A stretch of DNA of 64,000 nucleotides from Glaucostegus cemiculus (GCA_976551045.1 CDPCPM010000029.1:5084001-5148000); one strand, 5' to 3'. Counted from the stretch's first letter, positions 38,501-51,403 are shown. Numbers and translations: made by a program. The notes: a model not told the origin generated them from the sequence alone.

Positions 38501-40262
38501 TTATTGGGGCCTATCAAGAGTGGAAAGCGGGAAAGTGTGTATGGACTCGGAAGAAATAGTGGAGGTGGTTAATGAATACTTTACTTCGGTATTCACTACG
38601 GAGAAGGATCTAGGGGATTGTAGTGGGGGCTTGCAGTGGCCAGAAAGGATTGAGTGGGTGGATATTAGAAAGGAGGAGGTGCTGAAACATTTGGAGAGTA
38701 TTAAGTTAGATAAGTCACCGGGGCCAGACAAGATGTATCCCAGGTTGCTGTGGGAGGCGAGGGAGGAAATTGCAGAGCCTCTGACGATGATCTTTGCGCT
38801 GTCAAAGGAAACGGGAGAGGTTCCGGTAGATTGGAGGGTTGCGGATGTTGTGCCGTTATTCAAGAAGGGGAATAGGGATAGCCCGGGGAATTATAGACTG
38901 GTGAGTCTCACCTCAGTGGTTGGTAAGCTGCTGGAGAGGATCCTGAGAGGCAGGATTTATGAACACTTGGAGAAGTATGGCATGATTAGAAATAGTCAGC
39001 ATGGTTTTGTCAAGGGCAGGCCCTGTCTGACGAGTCTTATAGAATTTTTTGAAGAAGTGACCAAGAACGTCGATGAAGGGAGATCGGTAGATGTAGTGTA
39101 TATGGATTTTAGCAAGGCATTTGATAAGGTGCCCCATGCAAGGCTTATGGAGAAGGTGAGGAGACACGGGATCCAGGGGGACATTGCGGTGTGAATTCAG
39201 AATTGGCTGGCCCACAGAAGACAAAGAGTGGTTGTGGAAGGGTCGTATTCTGAGTGGAGGTCGGTGACCTCCGGTGTACCTCAGGGATCTGTGCTGGGAC
39301 CCTTGCTGTTTGTCATCTTTATAAATGACCTGGATGAGGAAGTGGAGGGGTGGGTTAGTAAGTTTGCTGACGACACGAAGGTTGGGGGAGTTGTGGATAG
39401 TTTGGAGGGCTGTCAGAGGCTACAGAGGGACATAGATAGGATGCAGAGTTGAGCTGAGAAATGGCAGATGCAGTTCAACCCAGATAAATGTGAAGTGGTT
39501 CATTTTGGTAGGTCAAATAGGTTGGTGGAATATAGAATTAATGGTAAGACTCTTGGCAGTGTTGAGGATCAGAGGGATCTTGGGGTCCGAGTCCATAGGA
39601 CGCTCAAGGCGACTGCGCAGGTTGACTCCGTGGTTAGGAAGGCGTATGGTGTATTGTCCTTCATCAGTCGAGAGATTGAATTTAGGAGTAGGGAGGTAAT
39701 GCGTCAGTTGTATAGGTCCCTGGTCAGACCCCACCTGGAGTATTGTGTTCAGTTCTGATCGTCTCACTACATGAAGGATGTGGAAGCTATAGAGAGGGTG
39801 CAGAGGAGGTTTATGAGGATGCTGCCTGGAATGAGGAGCATGCCTTATGAGAGCAGGTTGCAGGAACTCAGCCTTTTCTCCTTGGAGAGAAGGAGGATGA
39901 GGGGGGACCTGATTGGGTTGTATAAGATGATGAGAGGTATGGATAGGGTAGATAGTGGGAGGCTTTTCCCCAGGGCTGAAATGGTGGCTACAAGAGGACA
40001 TAGGTTTAAGGTGCTGGGGGGAAAATATAGGGGAGATGTTAGGGGTAAGTTTTTTACTCAGAGAGTAGTGAGTGCGTGGAATGGGCTGCCAGAGATGGTG
40101 GTGGAGGCGGATACGTTAGGGTCTTTCAAGAGACTGTTGGATAGGTACATGGAGGTAAATAAGATAGAAGGCTATGGGTAAACCTAATAGTGTGGGGACA
40201 TGTTCGGCACAGCTTTGTGGGCCGAAGGGCCTGAATTGTGCTGTAGGTATCTATGTTCTAAT
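38501..40262 (+). mobile_element. Well-preserved 5'-truncated HER1/CR1 LINE (ORF2 RT to 3' end)
   Basis: One frame 38520-40181: [64 protein letters not shown]. Only three internal TGA stops; tail ...ctatgttcta. Confidence 0.97.
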
Positions 40263-40707
40263 CATGTTTGCTTGGAGGGAGGGGATGAGGGTGGACAGAA
40301 ACATTCCTGCTCCTCCTGGGTCACAACGCTGAAAAAGCACTTGCCTCTTCCTTGAAGGAGTTCTCAAAAGTTCAAGTCAATGTTAATGTAGGGAAAAAAG
40401 TAAAATCTGAGCTTCAAGGCCTCCTCAAAATACCACATCCCACATCCTGGGCTAGACTGGCCTCCTGCCTTCATTAAAACTGCAAGCAGGTGGGATTGAG
40501 GCACTTTTGGTTTGATATTTTGTTTTATACAGTTATTTCCCAGTTGATCCAAAGCTACCAACTTTTTTGTGGCAAGGGTGATGGTATAGTTCGTGGGTTA
40601 AAGAGCCTCAAATGACCAGAGCAAGCCTTCATTAAATTCCGCCTACAAAGTAGATGGAACCTCATCCAATACATCACTGCTAATTTAGAACTAATAAGTC
40701 ATACATT

Positions 40708-40765
40708 CTCTTTGACAGCCTTCCTTCTCCACTCTTTGACAGCCTTCCTTCTCCACTCTTTGACA
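40708..40765 (+). repeat. Tandem duplication, 24-bp unit x2.4
   Basis: (CTCTTTGACAGCCTTCCTTCTCCA)2 followed by CTCTTTGACA. Confidence 0.95.
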
Positions 40766-40859
40766 AATCCAGTTAATCCAAAACTTTTCACCTCAAGCTG
40801 TTACCAATGTTGCCTGACTATACTGCTGATTCCTCCTAACAACTCTTATTTCAAAACTA

Positions 40860-41018
40860 AGATACTGCACATACTGGAAATCTGATATGAAATGCTGGAA
40901 ACACTCAGCAAATTAGGTAGAATTTACAGAAAGCAATGCAGTTATTGTTTCACATTCTGATGTAAGGTCACTGACCTGAAACATTAACTCTAGCTCTCTG
41001 CACATGATGCTGCCTATG
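40860..41018. mobile_element. Degenerate PLE-terminal foldback
   Basis: aaatgctggaaacactcagca...gttattgtttca followed by the inverted ctgatg...gacctgaaacattaactc...gatgctgcct. Confidence 0.7.
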
Positions 41019-42079
41019 TGTTCCTTAAACAGCATCTTTGCACTGTATTACCCTATTATAACTTAGGAAAAGATTGACAGAGCAAGCAGCATGTGATTGG
41101 ATCATAGTTATCTTTCTCTGTTCTTTCCAATAACAGGTAGATGCCATTATCATGCTGCACTGGAACAGCGTGGTCCAGGAAGCAGCAAGTTCTGATAGAC
41201 AGACCTTCCATGTCTTACCTAGGATAGTTCCTAAACACAGGACACAGATCATTTTCCCAATCCATGTCGGCAGAACACACAGATATAGCTTTTCATTAGT
41301 TTGAGAAACGAGGATGTGCTAAATTCTCACAATTTCTGGTCAACCTAACATCGACATCAGGGAAACATTTGGCGATAATGGCTTGGATTGCTCTGATTAA
41401 CAGCAAAGCAATAATATTCATTGATGACTTAAGAAAGTTGCTCATGAAGATCCAATGATCTCTGTAACATGGAATTATGCATCTCTGATATTAGTTAATG
41501 TCAGGTATCATACCTAGAGGATTCCTGGCAATGCAGCAACAGTGGTGTTAAAAGCTGACTGAGCACCCAATCACAGTGAAGAATTCTCACAGACAACAAA
41601 ACAGGAATAAACATCACAATTTTTAACTAACAGTTTAAGCATTTTACACAAAGTCAGGGCAAGGTAGAAGCTGAGATGTCATATAACTTGTAAGTATTGA
41701 AAAAGTTCATTGTTTTAAAATCCTTTACACTTTCAAATATTTATCTGAGGGCATTATAATCCACATATATTTTTGGACTAGAACATTGCTAAGCAATAAT
41801 TGCAGCTTGGTAGTCATTAAAAACTCTCATCTCACAGAACCAGAACAAAGTAGAATATTTTCTAGATATTTTACTATGAGTGTTATCGAATTTCTCATCT
41901 GATCACCAATAGCTCACTGAAAACACTTGCTAATTTTCTGCCCTTAACTACATTCATACATTACAAAACTTTCTTTCAGCTTCATGCTGTAATGATGGGG
42001 AACAGTAATAGTATCAAAATCAATACCACCAATCCAGGCCAAAATTAATTGTAAGTATAAAGGCAAATATTTGAAAGTC

Positions 42080-42905
42080 AGTAAATCTGTGAAAGACAAG
42101 TCTTTTGACTAACTTGATCAAGCTGCTTTGTTAGTCAGCAGAACAGAATGATGTGGGAGTGCAAGTAATATGTGTATGAGCCTTCAAAGAAGCATTTGTA
42201 AAACCACCGTGCAATAGGTGTTAACAAAATTAAAGCCAATAGGCTTTAAAGGCTGCATGGATACAAAATTAGTTCAGGGCCAAAAAGAAAAGAATGGTTG
42301 TTTTTCCAGACTCATGAGGAATGTGTGGTTATGACTTCTGGAGGCTGGTGTTGGGGCCACTATTCATTTTGACAAATTTTAATGACCTGGTATAGAACAT
42401 AAAAAGTCTAATTTCAATCTTTCCCAAAGACAAGAAGCTTAAAAATTTGGTTAACCATGAGGAGAATGTCAACAGATTTAAGAAGTATACAGACAGACCA
42501 TTGGAATATTCAGATTCACAATGGATGAAAATTAAGGCAGTGAAATGCCAAGAGACCATTTTCGGATGAATGAGAAGAGGCAATTTAAACAATGGTATAA
42601 ATGATGGAAACGAAGATACAGTGGTGTGTGTGTGTAAATGTACACGTCTTAGAAGGTGACTAAACAAGTAAAGAGTAATGGGTAATAGTTGTTTCTCAGG
42701 CACGTGGACACCATTACAGAAGTTTTATAAGGACCTATGTTCTTATGAGTAGAAGCAAAAGAATTATGCTAAACTTTAATGAAATATGAATGAGCTGGAG
42801 TATTATGGTAAATGGTCCGGATGTTGTCAAAGCCCAGAAGAGGTGCAAAGAAAATTTACTAGAATAGGAGGGATGAAAGAGTTCATTTACATGAGTAGAT
42901 CTGAG
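42080..42905 (+). mobile_element. Highly decayed CR1 LINE
   Basis: Remnants of DFQKAFDK (cttcaaagaagcatttg), VLGPLF, and EEVQRKFTR. Confidence 0.65.
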
Positions 42906-43559
42906 ATATCCTTTGAAAAAACCCTTCAGTCAGAGCATATTATTGATGTAGAGAAGGCAGGAAGCTAACATCACCAGAATGCTCTGGTTTCCATTCGAGG
43001 ATGTATACTAGCCCAACTTAAACTATGGAAAGATTTGCAAGGAATTACTTAAGGAAGCATTTCAAAAGATAAATAATGCCAAAAAATACGCAATCTTCAA
43101 GATACTCTATCAAAAGACAACATCACACAGAATTCAAAATTGCTCAATAGATTTTAATAGAATGAAAAAGACTACTTGGGTTATCTTGCTGACACCGTTT
43201 CTATTCTTAGGTGATATTCATCTCAGCCTATTCTCCAGCCCATTCCCCAAACTCTTTATAATGGGAATAAGAAAATGACACATACGTTAGATATATACAG
43301 AAACATTAAAAAAGAATCCAGAAATAGTAGGGATCCAAGGGTCTAACAAGATCTATAAATTTGTAAAGAAAGAGTGTGGTAAAAATTAAATGATCCAAAA
43401 GTCCAGGAACCAATGCTTGTGTTTCAGCTAGTTACAATCTTCATCAATGATTTAGATCAGGAGCTTCTTTGCCAATCTAAGAGGAAAGCAACCATATGCA
43501 AAAAATAATTACTTTTGCACAATGACCAACAGCTACTAATGCAAATGAATAAAGAAAAA

Positions 43560-44310
43560 TGTAAATCCCCCAGTGAATCAGTTCCCATATTGGTTTCCCG
43601 ATGACAATTTCAGTATTTCATCCACCACCAGCCATGAATGCAATTTGTCACATCAATATTCAATGAACTTTATAACATTTCAATACAATTTTCTAATAAT
43701 CTCCTCTACCTTGGAGAAACCAAATGCAGATTCAGTGATCACTTTATCGAGTATTTGCAGTCTGCAAGAGTGACCCAGAGTTTCCTGTTCTTTTGCCTGC
43801 TGCTTTCATTCTCCATCCCACTCTCACTCTGACCTACCTGTCATCTTCCATCTGGGCAAATTGCAGCCTACTGGATTTAATACTGAACTCTCCAGCTTTA
43901 GGTAACTGGCTCTTTCTTTCCAGCTGAATCAGAACTGGTCACTCTCCCAGTCATCCAAATGTGATTTTGGATCTGTTTTACTCTCTTTGTCATCATAGCC
44001 TGACTTGATGGGCACATCCCATAACACTGCTTTAGCAAAAAATAACACAGACAAGAAACATAACCTGCTTCTAACTAGTACATTAACATATTTGACCTTA
44101 TCAGATATTTCCATTGTTCTACCCATGTCTCCTGTACCTTCTCAGCAACAGAAAACTAGCTTATTTTCTTTCTTTCCCCAGTTCCAATGTAGGATCTCAG
44201 ACCTGAAACATGAACTATTTCTCTTTACACAGATGCTGTCCAGCCTGCTAAGTGTTTCCAGCATTTTCTGTTTTTATTTCAGATTTACACCACTGCAGAT
44301 GTTTATAATT
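43560..44310 (+). mobile_element. Penelope-like element 3' part (GIY-YIG and terminal repeat)
   Basis: NLLYLGETKCRFSDHFIEYLQSA; terminal gacctgaaacatgaac...cagatgctg...tttccagcattttctg. Confidence 0.8.
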
Positions 44311-44377
44311 TTTAGTTTTGTTTAACAAGCACTATTGTGTATTCCCTTAGCACCCATCTTCCAAGCCTCCCCAACTA

Positions 44378-44782
44378 TTATCAGAATCAGATTTATTATC
44401 ACTGACTTATATGAAGTGAAATTTGTTGCTTTGCGGCAGCAGTACAGTGCAAAGACATAAAGTTACTATAAATTACAAAAATAAATAAATAGTGCAAAAA
44501 AAGGAATAACGAGGTAGTGTTCCTGGGTTCATGGAAACCTGCTGGTGGAGGGGAAGAAGCTGTTCCTGAATCATTGAGTGCAAGTCTTCAGGCTCCTGTA
44601 CGTCCTCCCTGTTGGTAGTAACAAGAAAAGAGTATGTCCCGCATGGCGAGGGTCCTTAGTGTTGAATGCCACCTTCTTGAGGCATTGCCTCTTGAAGATC
44701 TCCTTGATGGTGGGAAGGGTTGTGCCCCTAATGGATCTGGCTGAGTCTACAACCCTCTGCAGCCTCTTGCTATCCTGTGCCA
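44378..44782 (-). mobile_element. Rex1/Babar 3' fragment (third subfamily)
   Basis: KRLQRVVDSARSIRGTTLPTIKEIFKRQCLKK...KDPRHAGH.LF.LLPTGR.YRSLK. Confidence 0.9.
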
Positions 44783-45879
44783 ACTCTTATGGCTGGATCC
44801 TTGCCAATTGAAGACTGCTCCCTTATGCTAGAGGAGGGAACAGGTGGCTGTGAAGATTGAAAGTGAGCAGCTCTGTGCCTTGATGGCCTTGCTTTGGACT
44901 GCCCCATCTTCCAGAGTGGCAACAGACTGGGATGGCTGGTAGCTAGTTGATAGGCAACTTCAAAGGCATGCAGTAAGTAGGAATGCTGCCATAGTGATAA
45001 AAGAAAACATGGATTACAGATCCACTTTCACCACCCAAGCCAAAGTATCTAATAGCTTTGCAACCTGCTTGAGGACTGATCGCACTGCTGCTGTCATGGA
45101 CTTTGGACCTCAGCTAACAGTGGAGTCCAACACTAGGATAACAGTGGACTAGGTCTGGATAGCAGTAGTCTGATGTTCCACTGTAGTACTGAGGCATGCT
45201 TGGTTGCACTGGAATGACAACCAAACCTTCAATCATCATTTGCTGCCCCATGGTTGGGTCACACCTGCTGGCACAGAGCTGACCATCCTCTTCTTGTAAG
45301 GATGGATAAGCTCCATAGTCCATGCAAAAATTTGTTAAAGATTGGAGATGGATCTCCCCAGGTTGTTTGATATCTGCTGCAGGCTTTTGAGTAGCCCAGT
45401 CAGTGCTTCGAGCATGCTCTTTTGCATTCTCATAAGCTTTCACCTATGAGTTGCCCAATCAAAAGTGAGAGGACTGGTTCACAGGGCAACCTCAATAAGG
45501 CAGCCTCTATAGAGAAAACACACTCTTTCCCACTGGCCAAGTTACAGTCCACTCATGGCTGGTGTCTAATCCTGCATAGATCCAGACTCTAACCTTTTAG
45601 TTACACTCCACAAGGCACTAGGATCTGAAATGTATGATGGGAATAGAAGATCAAAAAAAGTAGGTTTTCTTCCTCTTTCTGTGCCATGTCCAAATGCTCT
45701 TCTGGGAAGCCTGTCAGGTAGAAAACCTGTAATTCTGAAATGAGAAAGTTATAAGTGTATGGTCAATGTAACTGGAAGAAAAGTATGATGAGAATTCCAG
45801 GGATTTCCAACTATTCATAGACAGCAGGGATTATAGATGAATGGAGATGGGATGCAAGAGGGCTGACTGGAATGAGCTT

Positions 45880-46437
45880 ATGATCACCAGCAATGATTCC
45901 AATCCTGCTCTTCGGACTGGCCGTGTAGCAGCAGTGCGATCAGTCCTCAAGATGGCTGAGCTACTGAGCTCGGAAGGAGCTTCCTTCTGATTCCTTCAGC
46001 CAGCAACATTCTTCTGCAAGAGACATCAGAGTGTTTCAATGTGTCTAAGTGAACAGGTTGCAATGTTTGTACAGCCATCAGTGTGTGTGGTGTAACATCT
46101 GGAGCAGAAGTAAGTGTGTGAGTGCAGTAATGCTTGTATTGACAGGTAGGATATGTGACTACTTCCAGATAAGTGAAATCATCAATCTATCATAATGTAC
46201 TTCTTTGCCCTGGGACAAGGTCTGCTGGACCTCCCTCCTGTCATTGATCTCTCCAGGTACCTCCTTGCATTGCTGCTTCATTTCAGCTATTGGAGGAATG
46301 GGGTGGTTATACTCTTCTGGGTCCCCAGAACATGAGACTTGCTTATGGTTGTCAACAATTTCAACAAATATGTCAAGGTCACCATCAATGAATCTAGTGG
46401 TTTGCTCCCATCTATCAGCCTGGTACTGAGCAGCCAT
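45880..46437 (-). pseudogene. Decayed PIF/Harbinger-type Myb/SANT-like ORF
   Basis: MAAQ...RFIDGDLDIFVEIVDNHKQV...KEV..EINDRREVQQTLSQ resembles the Myb/SANT-like (NAIF1/MSANTD-type) domain. Possible second exon after cttgcag near 46015. Confidence 0.55.
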
Positions 46438-46669
46438 AATCTTCTTGCAGCAGTAGTTTCAATATTGCACTATAACTACTAACAGTGGTTGGTTGCAATG
46501 GTCAGCTCCTCTTTAAGAGGTTACCATTACTTGGTTGTGCAGTAATCATGGAATTATCATGCGATGCATGGTAATGGAGAAATTAACATAATTCAAGCAA
46601 GGTGTGGACATGAAAATTAATGGCTAAGAAACAAGTACAGATTCATCTCAGAGTGCTATTTTAGTACTT

Positions 46670-47850
46670 GTTTACATGGATTGTACAAATTTCCATCCAA
46701 AGAGTCTGCAAAAATGTATAGTCAGGTTAAGTGTGTGGCCAATACGTGATGAAAAATATATAAAGTGTGGAAATGCGGTGTTCTCCACGTTGGCAGCAAA
46801 AAAGAGAAAAGGAGAATATTTTGTGAATGGAAAGGGACTGGGAATGAAAGTATTCAGAATTGCTTTAACATTGTGATTTATGCACAAGGCTAAGGTACAA
46901 TAAACAATTAGGGAAATAAATGACATGTTAGCCTTTATTAGGATAGTGTAAAAGTGTAATAATAGCAAGTGTAAATAAGTCTTCCCGTATTTGTACAGAA
47001 CTTGGGTGCAATCAGATCTGGAGTACTGTGCATTGTCAAGGTTGCCTTTCCTAAAGAATAATATATTTGCCTGGGAACATATGCAGTATTTTACTGGATT
47101 GATTCCTGGAATAGGGGATCAATTTTTGAGGAAATATTGAATAGATTAAACATTTTCCCCTGGTGTTTAGAATAAAGTATCCCTTTATAATGCTGGAATA
47201 AAGTATCCCTTTACTGGGAGGTGTTGAACTAAAGGTTAGATTTTCAGAATAATGACTGGGCTGTGGAGGAATTTCTTCATCTAAAGGTTTGTGACTCTTA
47301 GGAGCTGTATATCCCCTGGGCATACATATAGTTGCTGAGCGTGTTCAAGATCTATTGATATTTGAATATTATGGGAATCAATGGCTATAGGGATTGTCAT
47401 AAATTCAAAATAACCAGAGTCACACAGCACCAGGTATGGACCACCAGGTTCACACCAACTATCAAGCACCTATTTTACACAAATCCTACGTAAATCCTAT
47501 ATTTTGTTCTTCCCGAGTTCCCACCAACTCCTTACGCCCACTCTAACCCCACCCCAACCTCCCAAATCTACTACTCACCTGCAACTAGGAGTAATTTATA
47601 GAGGCCTATTAACCTACCAACCCACATATCTTTGGGATGTGGCAGGAAACAGGAGCACCTGGAAGAAACTGATACGGTCACAGGGAGAACATGCAACTTC
47701 ACACAGAAAATACTGAACGTGACCGGTTGGAGCTGTGAGACAGCATCACTGAGCCACTGTGCAGAAGGCAGAAATAATATGGATCAACAATGATATTATT
47801 GAATGGCAGAACAGGCTTGAATGGTCAAATGACCTACTCCTACTATCTAT
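46670..47850 (+). mobile_element. Old CR1 LINE 3' portion, interrupted by a SINE
   Basis: EYFVNG, LEYC-like ctggagtactgtg, aatttcttc, tail gaatggcagaacaggcttgaatggtcaaatgacctactcc. Confidence 0.7.
47416..47762 (-). mobile_element. HE1-like V-SINE
   Basis: V-domain ggaaacaggagcacctggaagaaac in reverse; head ggagctgtgagacagca. Confidence 0.75.
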
Positions 47851-50800
47851 CAATTTTTAAAGTGTGTTTGGTAATATTATACAGGTATCCTAAAAATGTT
47901 TACATTCTAGGGCAAATAAAAGCCTTTGCTTTCTTACCTTCTGATACTTCTATGAAGCACAGCAATAACATTTGAATATTAAACAATGCATGATAGGTAG
48001 CAACTGGAAGATAGTTGCTTTGTATTGTGGTATACCCCTGTAAGAGCTGGCTGTCAAGGACACACAGTGAGGTTGAATGCCGGCAGGTGTAAGGTTTGCA
48101 ATAAAATAAAGCAATTGTGTGTTCTGAGACCGAACAGTGGTACACCAGGAAGCACAAGAATACTGTTCTGCAAACCTCACTACTTAAAAGTGAAATGTTT
48201 ATAGGCCTCTTTAAGACATCATTATGGTGAAACAGAATGGTGTTTTGATACCATTAAAAGAGATTAAGGTGATTTCTAAGCCTTGGTCTCAACTGAAGAA
48301 CAGGTAAATAAATCTTAGAAGTTCCCACCTCTTGCCTCATATCTTGTTCAGCAATTATGGTGTTCTGGCCTTTTTTTTTATCCAGACAAATCAGTATTGA
48401 TGGAAGCAATTCACTACTAATTTCCTTGCCATTTCATCAGACTACCACCAGAGTTGTCAATGGAAAGAAGCATGAGAATTCCAGTGGAATTTCAAAACCT
48501 TTCTCCCTGTACTGAAGCCTGTTTCTTCTGTTACCTCCACCAATTGATCCACAACAGAAGTGCATCCCAAGGCTGCTGTTTTCTGTGTGTGCTCACTTTG
48601 AATTACTCATCACTTTTTGTAGGGTTTATTTTGCATTAATACAAATCTCTGACTGGTGTTAATCACACTGGGCAAAATTTGAGAAAATAGCATGTGGAGC
48701 ACATTTGCTTGTAAGTGTTGCATTCAAAGGTGAAAGCTACAGGTGGAGCAAAAATACATAAACTTATCAAAAAATGGGATGAAAATACACCATGGTGCAA
48801 AAGCATTTTTAAATCAACAAACCTACAAGGAAGTAATTGTGTTCTTACAGGTACAGTTTATATCTATGTTTTTGTTTCAAGATGAAAGTTCCATTTAACA
48901 GAATATATTTTCTGATTAGGCAAATAATTGAATATTTTTGAACAATGAGATGTTATTGTATTGTCCATCTCATGAATACAGTGATACTTCTTAATTTTGT
49001 AGGGTCAATTGCATTTACATGGTATGGATGAGTAAAAATCACCTGTATTAGCCTAGGATAAGAATGGAAGTGCAGAACTGCATTTAAGTGCTGTTTTACT
49101 AGGATTAACTGGCATGTAAAATGGAGATCACATAAAAGATAAGCTGGTCACATGCAAGTTTAGTGTCTTTAAAATTATCGTTTTTAAAATCCCTTTGCTG
49201 TCTCTTTAAAAGATAAAAATATGTAGCAAAACTCAGTGGCTTGCAAAATAAATTTGGAGCTACAATACCACATCCGCGACACAGTGACAAGCACTGAAAC
49301 ACACCAATTCCTTATATGATAGCTAATGAAATGGAAGTGGTTCACAATGACATGGTAGTAAAGAGAAAATCCCTAGCTCTCACTCTGGAAAAAGATCTGT
49401 TTATAGGACAGAATTGCTACATACCTTGAGGGATGCCGAACACAAGAACTCAAGGAGGCAGTTGACCGTTACTGCCATTGGTGATGCCAGTTTATAATAG
49501 ATGATAACTGCAGTGTCCTTGAAACAGATGGTTTTCTGCTGATCCGGAGTCTTCAAAGACAGATCTACCAGCAGTTACCAAGTAGATGTTCCTCCATTTG
49601 AAAACAAAGGTTTGAAATAGCAGCTGATGAATACAATCTAAGCTCTTACGCAACTTGGCCTTACTAATGCTCCTACTTCTTTCCTCAAAAAAAACATATA
49701 AATCCACTGGACAAAGTGAAAACTATGCACCCTGGCAATGTTCCTGCTATAGTTTTTAAGGTAATGCAAAAAGTTGTTTAGGTACACTCTACTTCTAAAT
49801 TCAACACAAACCTATCCTGTCTAAACCTCCTTATTTGTTTCTTCTCAATCATGGAAGGAATGAATAGAGTCAATAGGTTAATTCAAAAAGTTAGAAGTGT
49901 AGGGTTTTACTCTGGAAATGGTATCAATTATGCAAGTGCCAACTCCTCCCATAGTCAAGCAGCTTTTATGTGGAGTTATATCTGTATTAGCCAATAGTTA
50001 TCTTAACAATAACACAATACCAGTCTGCAACAATACTGTCCCCTCCTACTCCTGTGATATGAATTAGACATTGTTTTTTGCATAAATGACAACATAATTT
50101 TTCTCAGGAAATGTAATGTTGTGCATACCCATGAATGAATTATTACAGTTTCATTCCACAACAAATGAGCAAACCAAACAACAATAAAACATTACTCAAT
50201 TTATTTTAGCATGTGCAATTTTACAAAATAATGAACATTCTTTGCTTCCTTACAACATCCAGTTTGATTTAGCCAAAATAACCTCTAACCGCTTGACACA
50301 TAGTTTTGAGCATGGCAAAAGAGTGCATTTACTTTCTGTTTGAAAACTAGACCAACTACAGACCACCAGTTTTTCATGCCTTTTTCTTTTCCAATTCTCC
50401 TGTGTTCACACTCTGAGACAGTTGCTTATACTAAACAATTCCTGCCAAGTAGCAAAAACAAAGGATTTCCCAACACAATAGATGTAAGGTTTTTTTCAAT
50501 CATTCCTTTCAGCAGGATAACATACTGTCAATTATTTACAGCATTGGGGAAACAATTTTAAAGACTTGCTCATTAGACTTTTATTATCTTCTGTTTCAAT
50601 GCTCCATTCTAACTGTGAATACTCTTAAGAAAAACTTTAAATATTGCTGTTTTATGAAAATAGTTTGTGGGAAAATGGTAGAAAACTGCTGAGATCCAGT
50701 TGAAATTTAGTTGTAAACCTCCATTCTAATTACAAAATTAAAACTTACAATGCAAAACACTTCTGATTTGTGTTTTCTTCTTCCTTCATCCTTCCCTTTT

Positions 50801-50899
50801 AGGTTTCCCCAATGATTATCCAGCTACCTTACTCTATTTCTCTCTTGAGGAGTATGCAATAGTGGGATTCAGATTCTAAAAACAAGGAATGCTCTATGC

Positions 50900-51144
50900 T
50901 TACGATTTAGTGTTAATCTGATGTAATGCAGATTTAGTAAAAGAATTTTCCTATTAAACAAAATGAAGTCTATGATTCAGGAAGTGAAAACATCCAGAAG
51001 AACCACAATGCACTGTTTGATTATGTTACCATAACATAATTGGACTGCTTTGGACACCACTTCCTGAATCATAGACTTCATTTTGTTTAATAGGAAAATT
51101 CTTTTACTAAATCTGCATTACATCAGATTAACACTAAATCGTAA
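50900..51144. repeat. Perfect 87-bp inverted repeat with 71-bp spacer
   Basis: 50900-50986 is the exact reverse complement of 51058-51144. Confidence 0.98.
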
Positions 51145-51403
51145 ATCTCGCAGGGACCATGATGCATGATTAACTTGGTTGTGCCATTCATCCTGGTGCA
51201 GGTTACATGGCCTTGGATACATGGTGCTGCCTGTTCATTGTCAAGATTTCAGTGTCCAGCTGGAACTGAATGCCTAAACCTATCAATATCAGGGCCAATT
51301 TCATGAGCAGCCACCACCAATTCATCTTTTAAACAGAAATGGCATTGTGAATACAGCAGGAAATACAAATCATTTTAGAGCTGATTTCAATCACCTGGAA
51401 GAT

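Noticed and set aside
41105-41400. Strong-looking splice sites (plus-strand acceptor near 41136; minus-strand donor TAG|gtaaga near 41218)
   Set aside because: No matching partner site gives an open frame, the candidate exons contain stops, and there is no recognisable protein similarity. A non-coding exon cannot be excluded.
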